Notes: generated from the letters alone by a model not told the origin. A stretch of DNA of 64,000 bases from an uncultured Gemmatimonadaceae bacterium (GCA_963716745.1 OY970320.1:2336001-2400000); one strand, 5' to 3'; positions 42,093 through 57,861 are shown, counted from the first letter of the stretch. Numbers and translations: made by a program.

Positions 42093-42096
<4 letters not shown>
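41626..42096 (-). CDS. GNAT acetyltransferase
   Basis: VSVHPSRRRRGVGSALM; start uncertain (overlaps the lpdA stop). Confidence 0.75.
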
Positions 42097-44771
<2,675 letters not shown>

Positions 44772-44858
44772 GGGCCGGTGTGCGGGTGCGACGCGCGTTG
44801 CTGGCTGCGCGGCAGGCCAGTAGGATTCAGCGACTCAATATAACCTGGGCCACCACTG

Positions 44859-45902
44859 GTGCGAGCACTTACGATCTCCGCGCACGGCGGACTCGAGCAG
44901 ATCGAGTACAAGACCGGCCTGCCCACGCCCGAGATCGTGTCTCCGACGGATGTGCGCGTGAGCATCCGCGCGGCCGCGCTCAATCATCTCGATCTCTTCG
45001 TGGTGCACGGCGTGCCCGGTGTGACGATCACCAAGGACTGGATCCTCGGCGCCGACGGTGCGGGGGTGGTGGATGCGGTCGGCTCCGCGGTGACAAATGT
45101 GAAAGTGGGCGACGGCGTGCTGCTGAATCCAGGCGTCAGTTGCGGCGAGTGCGAATATTGCCGCGAAGGGGACCAGCCGCTGTGCGTGAAGTACAAGATC
45201 CTGGGGGAGCATCGCGCGGGAACGCTTGCAGAATATATCGTGGTGCCCGCCGTGAACGCGCGCGTGATCCCGGCGGGAGTGAGCTGGGAGACGGCGGCGG
45301 CGTTCCCGCTGGCGACGCTCACGGCGTGGCGGATGCTCGTGTCGCGCGCGCAGCTGCGCGCCGGCGAGACGGTGCTGATCTGGGGGATCGGCGGTGGCGT
45401 GGCGCTCGCGGCGCTGCAGATCGCGAAGCGGATCGGCGCACGCGTGTTCGTGACCTCGGGAAGCGCGGAGAAGTTGCGTCGCGCGCGGGAGCTGGGCGCG
45501 GATGAGACGTTCGATCATCACGCGCAGGATGTCGCGAAAGAGATCCGCGCGCTCACGGCCAAGCGCGGCGTGGACGTCGTCGTGGACAATGTGGGCCAGG
45601 CGACGTGGAAGCGGTCGCTCCTCGCGCTCGGCAAACGCGGGCGGCTCGTGACCTGCGGGGGCACGTCGGGCCCGCTGGTGGAAACAGATGTGCGCCGGAT
45701 GTTCTGGAGCCAACTCACGCTCATGGGATCGACAATGGGGAACGAGCGAGAATTCGACTCGATCATTGACGCACTCGCGGGTGGTGCGCTCGTGCCCCCC
45801 GTGGACTCCGTATATCCGCTCGCGGAAGGGCGCGCGGCCTTCGCACGTCTCGAGAGCGGGCAGCAGTTCGGGAAGGTGGTGGTGACGGTGGCGGCCCCAT
45901 GA
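44859..45902 (+). CDS. Zinc-binding alcohol dehydrogenase / quinone oxidoreductase family
   Basis: ALNHLD, CGECEYC, GGGVA, GKVVV. Confidence 0.9.
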   Translation: MRALTISAHGGLEQIEYKTGLPTPEIVSPTDVRVSIRAAALNHLDLFVVHGVPGVTITKDWILGADGAGVVDAVGSAVTNVKVGDGVLLNPGVSCGECEYCREGDQPLCVKYKILGEHRAGTLAEYIVVPAVNARVIPAGVSWETAAAFPLATLTAWRMLVSRAQLRAGETVLIWGIGGGVALAALQIAKRIGARVFVTSGSAEKLRRARELGADETFDHHAQDVAKEIRALTAKRGVDVVVDNVGQATWKRSLLALGKRGRLVTCGGTSGPLVETDVRRMFWSQLTLMGSTMGNEREFDSIIDALAGGALVPPVDSVYPLAEGRAAFARLESGQQFGKVVVTVAAP

Positions 45903-46279
45903 AGATGCCGCTGCCGACGCGCTATGCGGACTATGACACGAAGGGCCACGCGAACAACGCGGTGTATCTCACATACTTCGAGATGGCGCGGCACGCGGCG
46001 TGGGTCGACTCGATGGGCGGCGGCGCGGATTTCCCGTTCATCATCGCCGAAGCGACGGTGAAATATCTGAGCGAAGCGATGATCGGCGACCCGCTGGAGA
46101 TCGAGATGGTCACCGCCGAAGTGCGTACGAAGGCGTGGGTATGGGCATACACGATCCGCGACCGGCGCGATCAGCGGGTGGTGGCGGAGGGGCGCACGGT
46201 GCAAGTGATGTATGATTATCCGAACCGGAAGACGATCCCGATCCCTGACGCCTTTCGTGCGCAACTCGCGGCGGTGTGA
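45899..46279 (+). CDS. Acyl-CoA thioesterase (4HBT/YbgC)
   Basis: D.KGHANNAVYLTYFE.AR. Confidence 0.88.
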   Translation: MKMPLPTRYADYDTKGHANNAVYLTYFEMARHAAWVDSMGGGADFPFIIAEATVKYLSEAMIGDPLEIEMVTAEVRTKAWVWAYTIRDRRDQRVVAEGRTVQVMYDYPNRKTIPIPDAFRAQLAAV

Positions 46280-46281
46280 CC

Positions 46282-46506
46282 ATGGCCGAGCATGCGCGGT
46301 ATGAGTCGCATGAGGAGCAGGCGCTGCGCGATGCGATCGCCGGCGGGAAGGCGCCGGAGTGTCCGCGATGCGGGGTCACGATGACGGAGCGCGCGATCGG
46401 CGGCGGCAGTTTCGGCCTGGGCTACGCTCGCCGCCGGCAGTGGTACATTTGTCCGCAGTGCCGGCGCAGTGCCATCTTCGACGTGAAGCGGGGGACACGG
46501 ACGTGA
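46282..46506 (+). CDS. Small zinc-ribbon protein
   Basis: CPRC...CPQC. Confidence 0.65.
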   Translation: MAEHARYESHEEQALRDAIAGGKAPECPRCGVTMTERAIGGGSFGLGYARRRQWYICPQCRRSAIFDVKRGTRT

Positions 46507-46535
46507 GGGGAACCACGAAACAGGAGGTCTGGTCC

Positions 46536-47792
46536 ATGGGCCTTTTCCATCGCGTGAGATTCGCACCGCTCATAGCGCTCGGGTTGTTCGCCGTGGCGTG
46601 CAACGACACGAAGCTGCGCGAGTCGCCGCCGCCCGGTCCGATGTCGGGCGGCGACGCATCGACGCCCGCGCTCGGCGCGACGACGCCTGCTCCGCCGTTC
46701 CTGGCGCTCGCCGCCGGAGGCGACGCGACGTGCGGGGTCGTGCGCGAGGGCGATCTGTACTGCTGGGGCCGCAACGATCTCGGGCAGCTGGGCGACGGGA
46801 CCCAGGAGAATCGCTATCTGCCTGTTCCCGTGGGAAAGGGGCAGAAATGGATGGCCGTCGCGCCGGGCGGATCGCACACGTGCGCGCTCGCCGAGAAAGG
46901 CGCCACGTATTGCTGGGGCTCGGGCGTTTACGGTGAGATCGGCAATGACACGCTCGGTCAATCGCTCACGCCGATCCACGTCACCACAGTACCTCCCTTC
47001 ACGTCGATCGCGAGCGGCGAGAATCACTCGTGCGGTCTCACCGCTGCCGGCGCGCTCTGGTGCTGGGGCGACAATCGCCACGGCGAGCTCGCGCGCGGCG
47101 ACACCCTGGCGGCGCACCATCCCGTGGCGGTGACGCCCGGGATCGCGTTCCGGTCGATGAGTCTCGCGGGACATGCGACGTGCGCCGTCACCACGGATGC
47201 GCGCCTCTTCTGTTGGGGGCTCGACAACGGCGGCGCGCTCGGCTACCTCGCGACGACGCTGTGCGAAGAGGGCGGTGCCGCGACGAGTCTGTGCTCACTC
47301 TCGCTGCGGCGCACCGCGGGCGATTCACTCGTGCGTCACGCCGCGCTCGGCTATGAGCATGGGTGCGCCCTCACGCCCGGAGGTACCGCGCGCTGCTGGG
47401 GATCGAACGGGTCGGGCGAGCTCGGGACCGGAAGCCGCGACTCGGCCGGACCGTCCTCGATCGCGGGCGAGCTCCATTTCTCCACAATCGCCGCCGGCGC
47501 GGCATTCTCGTGCGGGCTGGCCAAAGAGGGCGACTTGTATTGCTGGGGCACGAACGATGAGGGACAAACGGGCACGGGCACGGGCGCGGACTCGCCGCTG
47601 GCGACGATCGTGCAGAGTCCTTCGCGCTTCATCGCCGTGAGCGCGGGCCGACAGCACGCGTGCGCCGTGACCACCGAGCATGTGGGGTTCTGCTGGGGCG
47701 ACGACTCGTTCGGCCAGGTGGGCGGCGTCGCGAAACGGCGGAGCTTTATGCCGGATCAGGTGATGTTCCCCGCGGCGGCCTCCGCGCCGTGA
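46536..47792 (+). CDS. RCC1-repeat lipoprotein
   Basis: Lipobox VAC; repeated H.CG/A....G..YCWG.N..G.LG. Confidence 0.9.
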   Translation: MGLFHRVRFAPLIALGLFAVACNDTKLRESPPPGPMSGGDASTPALGATTPAPPFLALAAGGDATCGVVREGDLYCWGRNDLGQLGDGTQENRYLPVPVGKGQKWMAVAPGGSHTCALAEKGATYCWGSGVYGEIGNDTLGQSLTPIHVTTVPPFTSIASGENHSCGLTAAGALWCWGDNRHGELARGDTLAAHHPVAVTPGIAFRSMSLAGHATCAVTTDARLFCWGLDNGGALGYLATTLCEEGGAATSLCSLSLRRTAGDSLVRHAALGYEHGCALTPGGTARCWGSNGSGELGTGSRDSAGPSSIAGELHFSTIAAGAAFSCGLAKEGDLYCWGTNDEGQTGTGTGADSPLATIVQSPSRFIAVSAGRQHACAVTTEHVGFCWGDDSFGQVGGVAKRRSFMPDQVMFPAAASAP

Positions 47793-47814
47793 GGTGTGGA
47801 GAGATCCACTCGGC

Positions 47815-47900
47815 ACAGCAGACTTAGACGCTAGACCTAGACGCTAGAAGGCGACGGCGTCTGCTTTCTAGCGTCTAGGTCTAGCGTCTAAGTCTGCTGT
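47815..47900. repeat. Family C element, perfect 35-bp inverted repeat
   Basis: ACAGCAGACTTAGACGCTAGACCTAGACGCTAGAA and exact reverse complement at 47866-47900; between convergent genes. Confidence 0.9.
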
Positions 47901-47914
47901 ACCGACTGGTGCTC

Positions 47915-48919
47915 TCAGTGCCACCGATATCCCAGCCCCACCCCAAAGAAGTCGGTATTTTCATTGTACGTCGTCACCGTGCGATTCCAGATGAAGCGCG
48001 CGAGCCAGTGCTCGCCGATGTCATAGGCGACGGTGGGTGAGACGAGGCCGGCGACGGCGTCCTTCTTCTTGGTGCCGGGGGGCGGTGAGTAGTCGTAATC
48101 CACGGCGAAGAAGGCGCCGAAACCGAGCGCGAGCGCCACGGGGCCGAACTTCCGGGTGGGCCAGATCTGAACGCCGATCCCGTTCCGGGAGAGGACGGCG
48201 TTGTCACCCTGGTAGATGTAGCTGAACGTCAGGTCGAAGTACTTCCACACGCCGTGACGGTACTCGCCCATGCCGGAGACGCCTTTGGGATCGGCCGAAC
48301 CGCCGTTGGGCACCGTTTGGCCGATGAGGGCCGTGATCTGATTGCCGGTGGTGAAGCTCGTCTGCGCGACCGGCGCGTGATTGTAGACGTCGCCCACGGG
48401 TGCCTGGAGCTGGTAGCCGATGCCAATGAGCACGCTCAGCGCGTCGAAGGTCTTGGGGGGCGCGAGCTCCTCGTTCACCTGGATCCGGTAAACGAAGCGG
48501 TCCTTGCCGAAGTAGGAGATCTGCGCGGTGGTGAGCCACAGCCAGCCCTGGATATCGGAGAAATTGCCGGCGTTCGAGGTATCGTTCGTGGTGTCGTAGA
48601 AGCGGTCTACACCGGTGGCGATCCCGAACGTGAACCGTTTGGTGCCGAAGGACGACCGGATCCCGATCTGCGCCGCGATGCCGTCGCGCGCATGACCGGG
48701 AATGTGGCCGTCATTCACCCAGCCGGTCTCGAAGTACCAGTGCTCGCTGATCCCCTGTTGGTAGTCGAGCCGCCACTGGTAGGTAGTGTTGGCAGCGGCG
48801 GACTGGTCGAACTGCGGGCCGATGAGCCCGGTGAATTCCTGGGCGCCGGCGGTCGCCCCGATCGCGGCCAAACTGACGGTCAAGAAGGCCGATTTCCAGA
48901 GGGAGCTAAGGGAAGGCAT
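47915..48919 (-). CDS. Putative outer-membrane beta-barrel protein
   Basis: Signal peptide, amphipathic strands, C-terminal GVGLGYRW; two similar halves. Confidence 0.7.
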   Translation of the reverse strand: MPSLSSLWKSAFLTVSLAAIGATAGAQEFTGLIGPQFDQSAAANTTYQWRLDYQQGISEHWYFETGWVNDGHIPGHARDGIAAQIGIRSSFGTKRFTFGIATGVDRFYDTTNDTSNAGNFSDIQGWLWLTTAQISYFGKDRFVYRIQVNEELAPPKTFDALSVLIGIGYQLQAPVGDVYNHAPVAQTSFTTGNQITALIGQTVPNGGSADPKGVSGMGEYRHGVWKYFDLTFSYIYQGDNAVLSRNGIGVQIWPTRKFGPVALALGFGAFFAVDYDYSPPPGTKKKDAVAGLVSPTVAYDIGEHWLARFIWNRTVTTYNENTDFFGVGLGYRWH

Positions 48920-49045
48920 GGCGACCATTATGGGTCGCAGAATCTCCTGTGGGAAGAGTGGATTTTGCCCTTCGGTTGACCCCTCCACGGGGTTATATTT
49001 CGTGGTCCTGAGATCGGTGTTTTCGCCCCGTCCAGCCCCCACAAA

Positions 49046-51550
<2,505 letters not shown>

Positions 51551-51559
51551 CGAACGCTA

Positions 51560-51689
51560 ACGGCGGGGCTGGTACCGCGAAGGGCGTCTGTGGACGCTTG
51601 GCGTTGCGGGAACGCGAACTCGCCTGAATGCGCGCAGCTCCCGAACGGCCAGGCGCCAACGCGCCGTTCAGCGGTGCCAGCCCCGCTGT
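51560..51689. repeat. Family G hairpin element, second copy
   Basis: ACGGCGGGGCTGGTACCGC / GCGGTGCCAGCCCCGCTGT. Confidence 0.75.
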
Positions 51690-51777
51690 CGGCGGTTCGA
51701 AGGCGACGTTAGCCGTTAGGTCAACTGGCGCGCGGAGATCCAGGGGTGCAGAGTCCTAGTCCTATGGCGACAGCGAG

Positions 51778-52719
51778 TTGGTCTCTCTCGCGGATCTCAA
51801 ATCCGCGGCCGCGGTGCTGCGTGGTGTCGTCGTGCGCACGCCACTCCTGCCGGCGCCGGAACTCGGACCCGCGATCTGGCTCAAGCCTGAGACGCTGCAG
51901 CGCGGCGGCGCGTTCAAATTGCGCGGCGCGTATTACTTCATCTCGCGCCTCGACCCGAAACAGCGTGCGCGCGGCGTGATCGCGCCGAGCTCCGGCAACC
52001 ACGCGCAGGCGGTCGCGCTCGCGGCGCAGCTCTTCGGCGTGCCGGCCACGGTGGTGATGCCCACGACGGTCACGCCCGCCAAGCGCGCGGGCGCCGAGCG
52101 ATTCGGTGCGCGCGTGGTGCTCGCCGGTACCACCACCGCGCATCGGATGGAGCGCGCCAAGGAATTGGTCGCGAGCGACGGCGGCGTGCTCGTCCCGCCC
52201 TATGACGATGCGACGATCATCGCGGGGCAGGGCACGGCCGGCGTCGAGATCTGCGAGGATCTGCCCGACGTTGGCACGGTGATCGTGCCCGTGGGTGGCG
52301 GAGGGCTGAGTGCCGGCGTCGCGACGGCGGTGAAGCTGCTCTGCCCGAAGGCGCGCGTGATCGGCGTGGAGCCGTCGGGCGCGCCCAAGCTCACGCGTGC
52401 GCGCGCGGCCGGTGCGCCCGTGGTGCTCGAGCACACGCAGGGTCTTGCCGACGGTCTGCTCGCGACGGCGATCGGTACGATCCCATTCGCGCACCACAGC
52501 GCGTACATCGACGACGTGGTGCTCGTGGACGACGCCTCGCTCCGCGGCGCGATGCGCTTCCTACTCGACCGGATGAAGCTGGTCGTTGAACCCAGCGGCG
52601 CGATCACCGTGGCGGCGCTCCGCGAAGGGCTGGTGCGCGCGGAGGGCCCGACGGTGGCCGTGCTGAGCGGCGGGAACATCGAGTGGGACGGCCTGCACAC
52701 GATCCTCGGTCATGGATAA
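51778..52719 (+). CDS. Threonine/serine dehydratase (PLP)
   Basis: ETLQRGGAFKLRGA, SSGNHAQ, VGGGGL, SGGN. Confidence 0.93.
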   Translation: MVSLADLKSAAAVLRGVVVRTPLLPAPELGPAIWLKPETLQRGGAFKLRGAYYFISRLDPKQRARGVIAPSSGNHAQAVALAAQLFGVPATVVMPTTVTPAKRAGAERFGARVVLAGTTTAHRMERAKELVASDGGVLVPPYDDATIIAGQGTAGVEICEDLPDVGTVIVPVGGGGLSAGVATAVKLLCPKARVIGVEPSGAPKLTRARAAGAPVVLEHTQGLADGLLATAIGTIPFAHHSAYIDDVVLVDDASLRGAMRFLLDRMKLVVEPSGAITVAALREGLVRAEGPTVAVLSGGNIEWDGLHTILGHG

Positions 52720-54191
52720 GTCGCGGATCCTGATCGCCGACGATGATGATCTGCTCGCCAGCACGCTCTCCTGGTTGCTGAAGGAGCAGGGCTATGACGT
52801 CGCGATCGTGCGCGGCGTGGTGGAGCGCGTGCTCGAGCAAGTACGCGCGATGCACCCCGATCTGCTCCTGCTGGATGTGCCGTCGCCCGTGAGCGATGGC
52901 GCCGCCGTGCTGGAGGGACTCGCCGGCGATGCGCATTGGCGCGACGTGCCCGTGCTCGCGATGTCGTCGCAATCGGCGGAGGATGTCGCGCCGCAGATGC
53001 TCGCGCTCGGCGCCTCCGATGTGATCGCGAAGCCGTTCCACGTGCGCGACCTGCTCACGCGCGTGCGCGTGCAGCTGCGCTCGCGCCGCGAGCTGCTCAA
53101 CGCGCGCTCGGCGCTCCGCAGCACCGAAGAGGAGTTGCAGCGCGCGCGCGGCGAGGCCGAGAGCCGGCGCAAGATGGTGGACATCCTGCACGAGGTGACG
53201 GGCGATTTCTCGAGCGAGGAGCTGTATCACATCCTCGTACGGCGCGTCGCGCGCGCGCTCGACATCTCGCATTGCTCATTGGTGCTCGCGAGTCCCGGCG
53301 ATGCCGTGGGCGTTGTAGCGGCCGCGTACGAGACGCCGGGGCTGCGGCATCTCGAGATCCGGCTCGAGCGGTACCCGGAGATAAGAACCGCGCTCGAATC
53401 GCGCGCGCCGGTGCTCATCGAGGATGTGGATGTGAGCCCCATCTACAGCCAGCTGCGCCACGAGTGGGCGGCGGCGGGAACGCTCGTGCCATTCCGCTCC
53501 GTGATCGCGCTCCCGTTCCGGCTCGACGGCGAGCAGGCCGGCGTGATCTTCCTGCGCACCGTGCAGGGCGAGCCCGCGCTCGGGCGCCGCGGATGTCGAA
53601 TTCGCCGATACCGTGGTGGGCGCGGCCGTCGCGGCGATCCGCCGCGCGCAGGCGATCGAGAACACGCAGGCCGACAAGCAGCGGCTGGAGATCCTCGCGC
53701 GCACCGATCCGCTCACGCAGACGCACAACCGTCGCGCGCTCATGGAGCTGCTGAGCGCCGAGCTGGAGCGCGCGCGCCGGTACGGACTGACTCTGTCCCT
53801 CTTGATGATCGACCTCGATCACTTCAAGCTGGTGAACGACACGTACGGGCATCCGATCGGCGACGAGGCGCTGCGCAGCACGGCGCGCGTGCTGCAGCGG
53901 GAGGCGCGCACCGTGGACGCAGTGGCGCGGTTCGGCGGCGAGGAGTTCGTCGTCATGCTGCCGGAGACGGCGGAGGAAGGCGCGGTGGCGGTGGCGGAGC
54001 GCATCCGCATCAGGATCTCGGAGCAAGCGATACTGCCCGGCGCGAGCTATGATAAGGCGCGGGTGACGGTGAGCATCGGGGTGGCGGCAGTGCCTTCGGC
54101 GCGCGTGAATTCGCCGGAGGATCTCCTGGCTCTCGCGGACGAGGCGCTCTATCGCGCCAAGGCCGAAGGGCGCAACCGGGTCTGCACGTGA
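52712..54191 (+). CDS. REC-GAF-GGDEF diguanylate cyclase (frameshift near 53590)
   Basis: ILIADDD..LLLD..KPF; DLDHFK.VNDTYGH; RTVD I-site; GGEEF. Confidence 0.9.
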
Positions 54192-55312
54192 GCGCACGCT
54201 GTCCGTCTTGCGGTACCGTGTATCCTGACGACGTGAAGTTCTGCGCCAAGGACGGCACGAAACTTCTGATGTCGAGCACGCCGTCGCCGACGCCCGCGAC
54301 GCCGCCGCTGGGCGTGACGCCCGTCGGGACACCGGCGGTGATGCCGCCGCCTCCCGCGCCGCGCAGCCCGACGCCGCCGTTCGCCGGATCGCGCACCGTG
54401 GACTTCAGCAAGCTCACGGGGCAGCTGCTGGACAACCGCTATCAGGTCGTGAAGAAGGTGGGCGAAGGCGGCATGAGCTTCGTGTACCTCGCGCAGGACA
54501 CGAACACCGGCGAGAAGGTGGCGATCAAGATCCTGTCGCCGGCGCTGATCAAGGACCCGACCGCCATGGCGCGCCTGCGCCGCGAGGCCGCGCTCGGCGG
54601 GAAGCTGGCGCATCCCAACGTGTGCCACATCATCCGCCTCGGCGAGACGACCGCGGGATTCGTGTACATCGTGATGCCCTTCGTGCAGGGGGAATTGCTC
54701 TGCGACCGCACCGTGCGGATGGGATATTTGCCGCTCGATGTGACGGCCGGCTTCGTGCGCGACATGTGCGCGGGGCTGCACGTGGCGCACGAGCTCGGGA
54801 TCATCCATCGCGACTTGAAGCCGGAGAACATCATGATCGTCGCGCGCCCCGACGGATCGGAGCGCGCCGTGGTGATGGACTTCGGTCTCGCGAAGGAGCG
54901 CGCGATGAGTCCGGAGGTGCAGAAGCTCACCGCCACCGGGATCGTGCTCGGCACGCCGGAGTTCATGAGCCCGGAGCAGCTGCGGGGCAAGCAGCTGGAC
55001 CCGCGCACCGACGTGTACTCGCTCGCGATCATGGTGTACGAGATGCTCACCGGGAAGCTGCCGTTCGAAGGGAGAACGCAGCAGGAGATCATGATCGCGC
55101 GGCTCAAGGGCGATCCGATCCCGATCCGCACCAAGCGCCCCGACCTGAATTTCCCAGCGGGCGTGGAGAAAGTGCTCGCGAAAGCGCTGGCGAGGGAAGC
55201 GGACGGCCGATACTCGGGGACGCTCGAGTTCGGCGAGGCGTTCACCAAGGCGGCGGCGGGGGAGGATGTGCAGGAGGAGGGAGGGGGGATCATGAGTCGG
55301 TTCTTCAAATAA
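54188..55312 (+). CDS. Hanks-type Ser/Thr protein kinase with N-terminal zinc ribbon
   Basis: CPSC..FCAKDG, GEGGM, VAIK, HRDLKPEN, DFG, GTPEFMSPE. Confidence 0.95.
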   Translation: MSARCPSCGTVYPDDVKFCAKDGTKLLMSSTPSPTPATPPLGVTPVGTPAVMPPPPAPRSPTPPFAGSRTVDFSKLTGQLLDNRYQVVKKVGEGGMSFVYLAQDTNTGEKVAIKILSPALIKDPTAMARLRREAALGGKLAHPNVCHIIRLGETTAGFVYIVMPFVQGELLCDRTVRMGYLPLDVTAGFVRDMCAGLHVAHELGIIHRDLKPENIMIVARPDGSERAVVMDFGLAKERAMSPEVQKLTATGIVLGTPEFMSPEQLRGKQLDPRTDVYSLAIMVYEMLTGKLPFEGRTQQEIMIARLKGDPIPIRTKRPDLNFPAGVEKVLAKALAREADGRYSGTLEFGEAFTKAAAGEDVQEEGGGIMSRFFK

Positions 55313-55315
55313 CTG

Positions 55316-55543
55316 CGAACGGCGTGAGTGCCGAGTCGTGCGTGTTCGACCACGAACGGCGTGCGTGCCGAGTCGTGCGTGTTCGACCACGAACGGCGTG
55401 AGTGCCGAGTCGGGCATCGCGACGCACGACGATCGTGCCTGACGCACGACTGGATACTCGCGCATTCAGTGGTCGACGACTCACGACTTGGTACTCACGC
55501 CCCAAGGGGTCGAACACGCACGACTCGGTACGCACGCCGTTCG
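55316..55543. repeat. Family F element: 2.6 tandem 37-nt units plus an inverted unit
   Basis: CGAACGGCGTGAGTGCCGAGTCGTGCGTGTTCGACCA at 55316, 55353, 55390 (partial); inverted at 55508-55543. Confidence 0.9.
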
Positions 55544-55589
55544 GACGTAGCAAGTTGCTGATCCCGGGCGCCCCAATGAGATTCCACGC

Positions 55590-56721
55590 ATGAAGCGTCA
55601 CCCTCCCTTCGAGCCGCCCGAGTATCTCGAACTGGCAGCCCGATGACGTGCTGTTGGGCGAGTATCGCGCCACGTTGGAGAAGGATCCGAAACGCGCGGC
55701 GGTGATAAGGCGGCTCAGTCCGGTGCAACTGTTGGACATGTACGCCGGGCTCGTGCGCAATCGGCTCGCGGACATCGGACTCAAGCGTCTCGTGCGCCAG
55801 GGTGTGATCTCCAAGGCGTGGCTCGGCACTGGCGAAGAGGCGGCCACCATTGGCCCCGTGCACGCGCTGCGGCGTCCGCGCGCTGCTACCACGCCTGCGG
55901 CGCGCGAATCGTGCGACGTGGTCGCCCCCATGATCCGCAACGCGGGCGCGTGCCTCGAGATGGGGATGTCGGTGTCCGATATTCTCCGCGCGTACATGGG
56001 CACGATGGATGGGCCCGCGCGCGGACGCGACGGACACTATGGCGACATGGCCAACGGCGTGCTCTCACCCATCAGCCACGTGGGCGACGTCGTCCCCGTG
56101 GTCGCCGGCATCGCCATGAGTTTCGTCTCGCGCGGCACGGACCGCGTGGCCATGACATGGATCGGCGACGGCAGCGTGAAAGCCGGCGTCGCGCACGAAG
56201 GGCTCAACTTCGCGGCGGTGCGCAAGCTCCCGGTGATCTTCATCATCCAGAACAATCAAGTGGCCCTCGGCACGCGGCTCGATCAGCATCATCTCGCGGC
56301 GAAGGGTGAGAAGTTCGCGCAGTGGCCGAAGGCGTACGGGATGTGGGGCGGCGTGTTCGACGGCAACAATGTGCTGGACGCTTATGCGCTCACGGCGCTC
56401 GCGGTGGATCGCTGCCGTCGCGGCGACGGACCGGCGTTGTTGGTCGCCGAGACGTTCCGCATGGGCGGCCACGCGACGCACGATGAGGCCGAAGCGCGCG
56501 AGACGTTCGATGCGTCGCTGTTCGAGCATTGGGGGCGCCGCGATCCGATCGCGATGTTCGAGGAGCACCTCATGCGAACGGGGATCAGCCGTGAGCGGCT
56601 GGCTGAGGCGGAGCGGTCGGTGGAGACGGAGGTGGACGCGGCCGAACAGGAGGCGATGACGAGCCGCGCCGAACACATGCCGGCAGGACCGAGCGCGCTG
56701 AGCGGGGTATACGCGGAATGA
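55590..56721 (+). CDS. TPP-dependent 2-oxoacid dehydrogenase E1 alpha subunit (frameshift near 55630)
   Basis: GEEA, GDGS..G..HEGLNFA..IQNN, FRMGGH. Confidence 0.88.
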
Positions 56722-57758
56722 AACGGCAGGGGCGTGAGTGGCGAATGCTGTGCGTGAGTGGGGCGATCGTTCTTGCGCTACCGTGCTCGGCACAGACCTC
56801 GGCGGCGACCACGCGCGCGTATGCGCTCGTCGCGCGCGGCGACACGATGCTTCTCGCCGGCCGGCTCTTCGGCGCGGACTCGGCCTACTACGCGGCGGCG
56901 CGGCTGGCGCCACACGATGGTGCCGTGCGCATGGCGCTGGGCCGCTACATGTTCGGACGCGGCGGCTGGCGCGTGGCGGCGGTGGCCATGGAGGAGGCGC
57001 GCCACTTCGGGGAGGATCCGGCGATCGTCGCCGTCGACATCGCGCCCGTGTACTCGATGCTCGGCATCGCCGATTCACTGCACAAACGCCCAGACGACTG
57101 GGCGGCGCTGGCCGCACTCCCGAGCGCGGCGGTGCCACTCGGCGAGCGGCTGCGCGCCGACTATCTGCACACGTCGCCGCCCGACATGCTGGGGCCCGAT
57201 TCGTCGATCGTGATGTACACCGTGAGCGACAGCCATCTGCTCGGGCGTGTGAAGCTCGCGATCGGCAATGACACTGTGTTCGCCGTGATCGACGCGCGCG
57301 TGCATGGGCTCGTGCTCGACACGTCGTGGATGCGGCGCGATTCCGTGGTGAAACGGTTCGGGCCCAAAGGATCTCGCGATCCCGCGCAGGTGTACGCCGT
57401 CATTTCGCGAGTGAAAATGGGCGACGTCACTTTCGTCAATGCGCCCGCGCGATTCCAGGGATTCAAGACGCCGGGGAACGCACTGATCGGCCTCGACGTG
57501 TTCGGCGCACTCGCGGCGACGTTCGACCCGCGCGTGGGTTATCTCATGGTGCGGAAGGGCGGCCGAGTGGGAAGCACGCTCCCCGGCTGGCGGATCCCGT
57601 CATTCTCCGGCAAGAACGGCGTGATGGTCGTGAAGGGCGACACGATGTTCCCAGTGGGTCATCCGGACGTGCAGCAGTATTTTCGCACCGGGAAATGGAC
57701 GTTTGATGCGAGGCATGGGGCGGTCGTGATCGATTCGGTGGGGGTGGCGGCGAACTAA
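56718..57758 (+). CDS. Secreted protein: TPR-like N-terminus and degenerate retropepsin-like domain
   Basis: Signal peptide; helical repeats; FAVIDA and ALIGLD in pepsin-like positions. Confidence 0.55.
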   Translation: MKRQGREWRMLCVSGAIVLALPCSAQTSAATTRAYALVARGDTMLLAGRLFGADSAYYAAARLAPHDGAVRMALGRYMFGRGGWRVAAVAMEEARHFGEDPAIVAVDIAPVYSMLGIADSLHKRPDDWAALAALPSAAVPLGERLRADYLHTSPPDMLGPDSSIVMYTVSDSHLLGRVKLAIGNDTVFAVIDARVHGLVLDTSWMRRDSVVKRFGPKGSRDPAQVYAVISRVKMGDVTFVNAPARFQGFKTPGNALIGLDVFGALAATFDPRVGYLMVRKGGRVGSTLPGWRIPSFSGKNGVMVVKGDTMFPVGHPDVQQYFRTGKWTFDARHGAVVIDSVGVAAN

Positions 57759-57760
57759 CA

Positions 57761-57861
57761 GCGGGCTGTCGGCTGTTGGCTGTTGCCTTCTACGACGAAG
57801 GGCTCCCCACTTCCGGGAGCCCTTCGTATTCGCAGGCGACAGCCGACAGCCGACAGCCCGC
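57761..57861. repeat. Family B arms enclosing a terminator-like hairpin (57795-57827)
   Basis: GCGGGCTGTCGGCTGTTGGCTGTTGCCT / AGGCGACAGCCGACAGCCGACAGCCCGC around ACGAAGGGCTCCC..GGGAGCCCTTCGT. Confidence 0.85.

Noticed and set aside
55316..55412. CRISPR array (37-nt repeats)
   Set aside because: Units are head-to-tail with no spacers, there are no cas genes, and an inverted copy closes the element.
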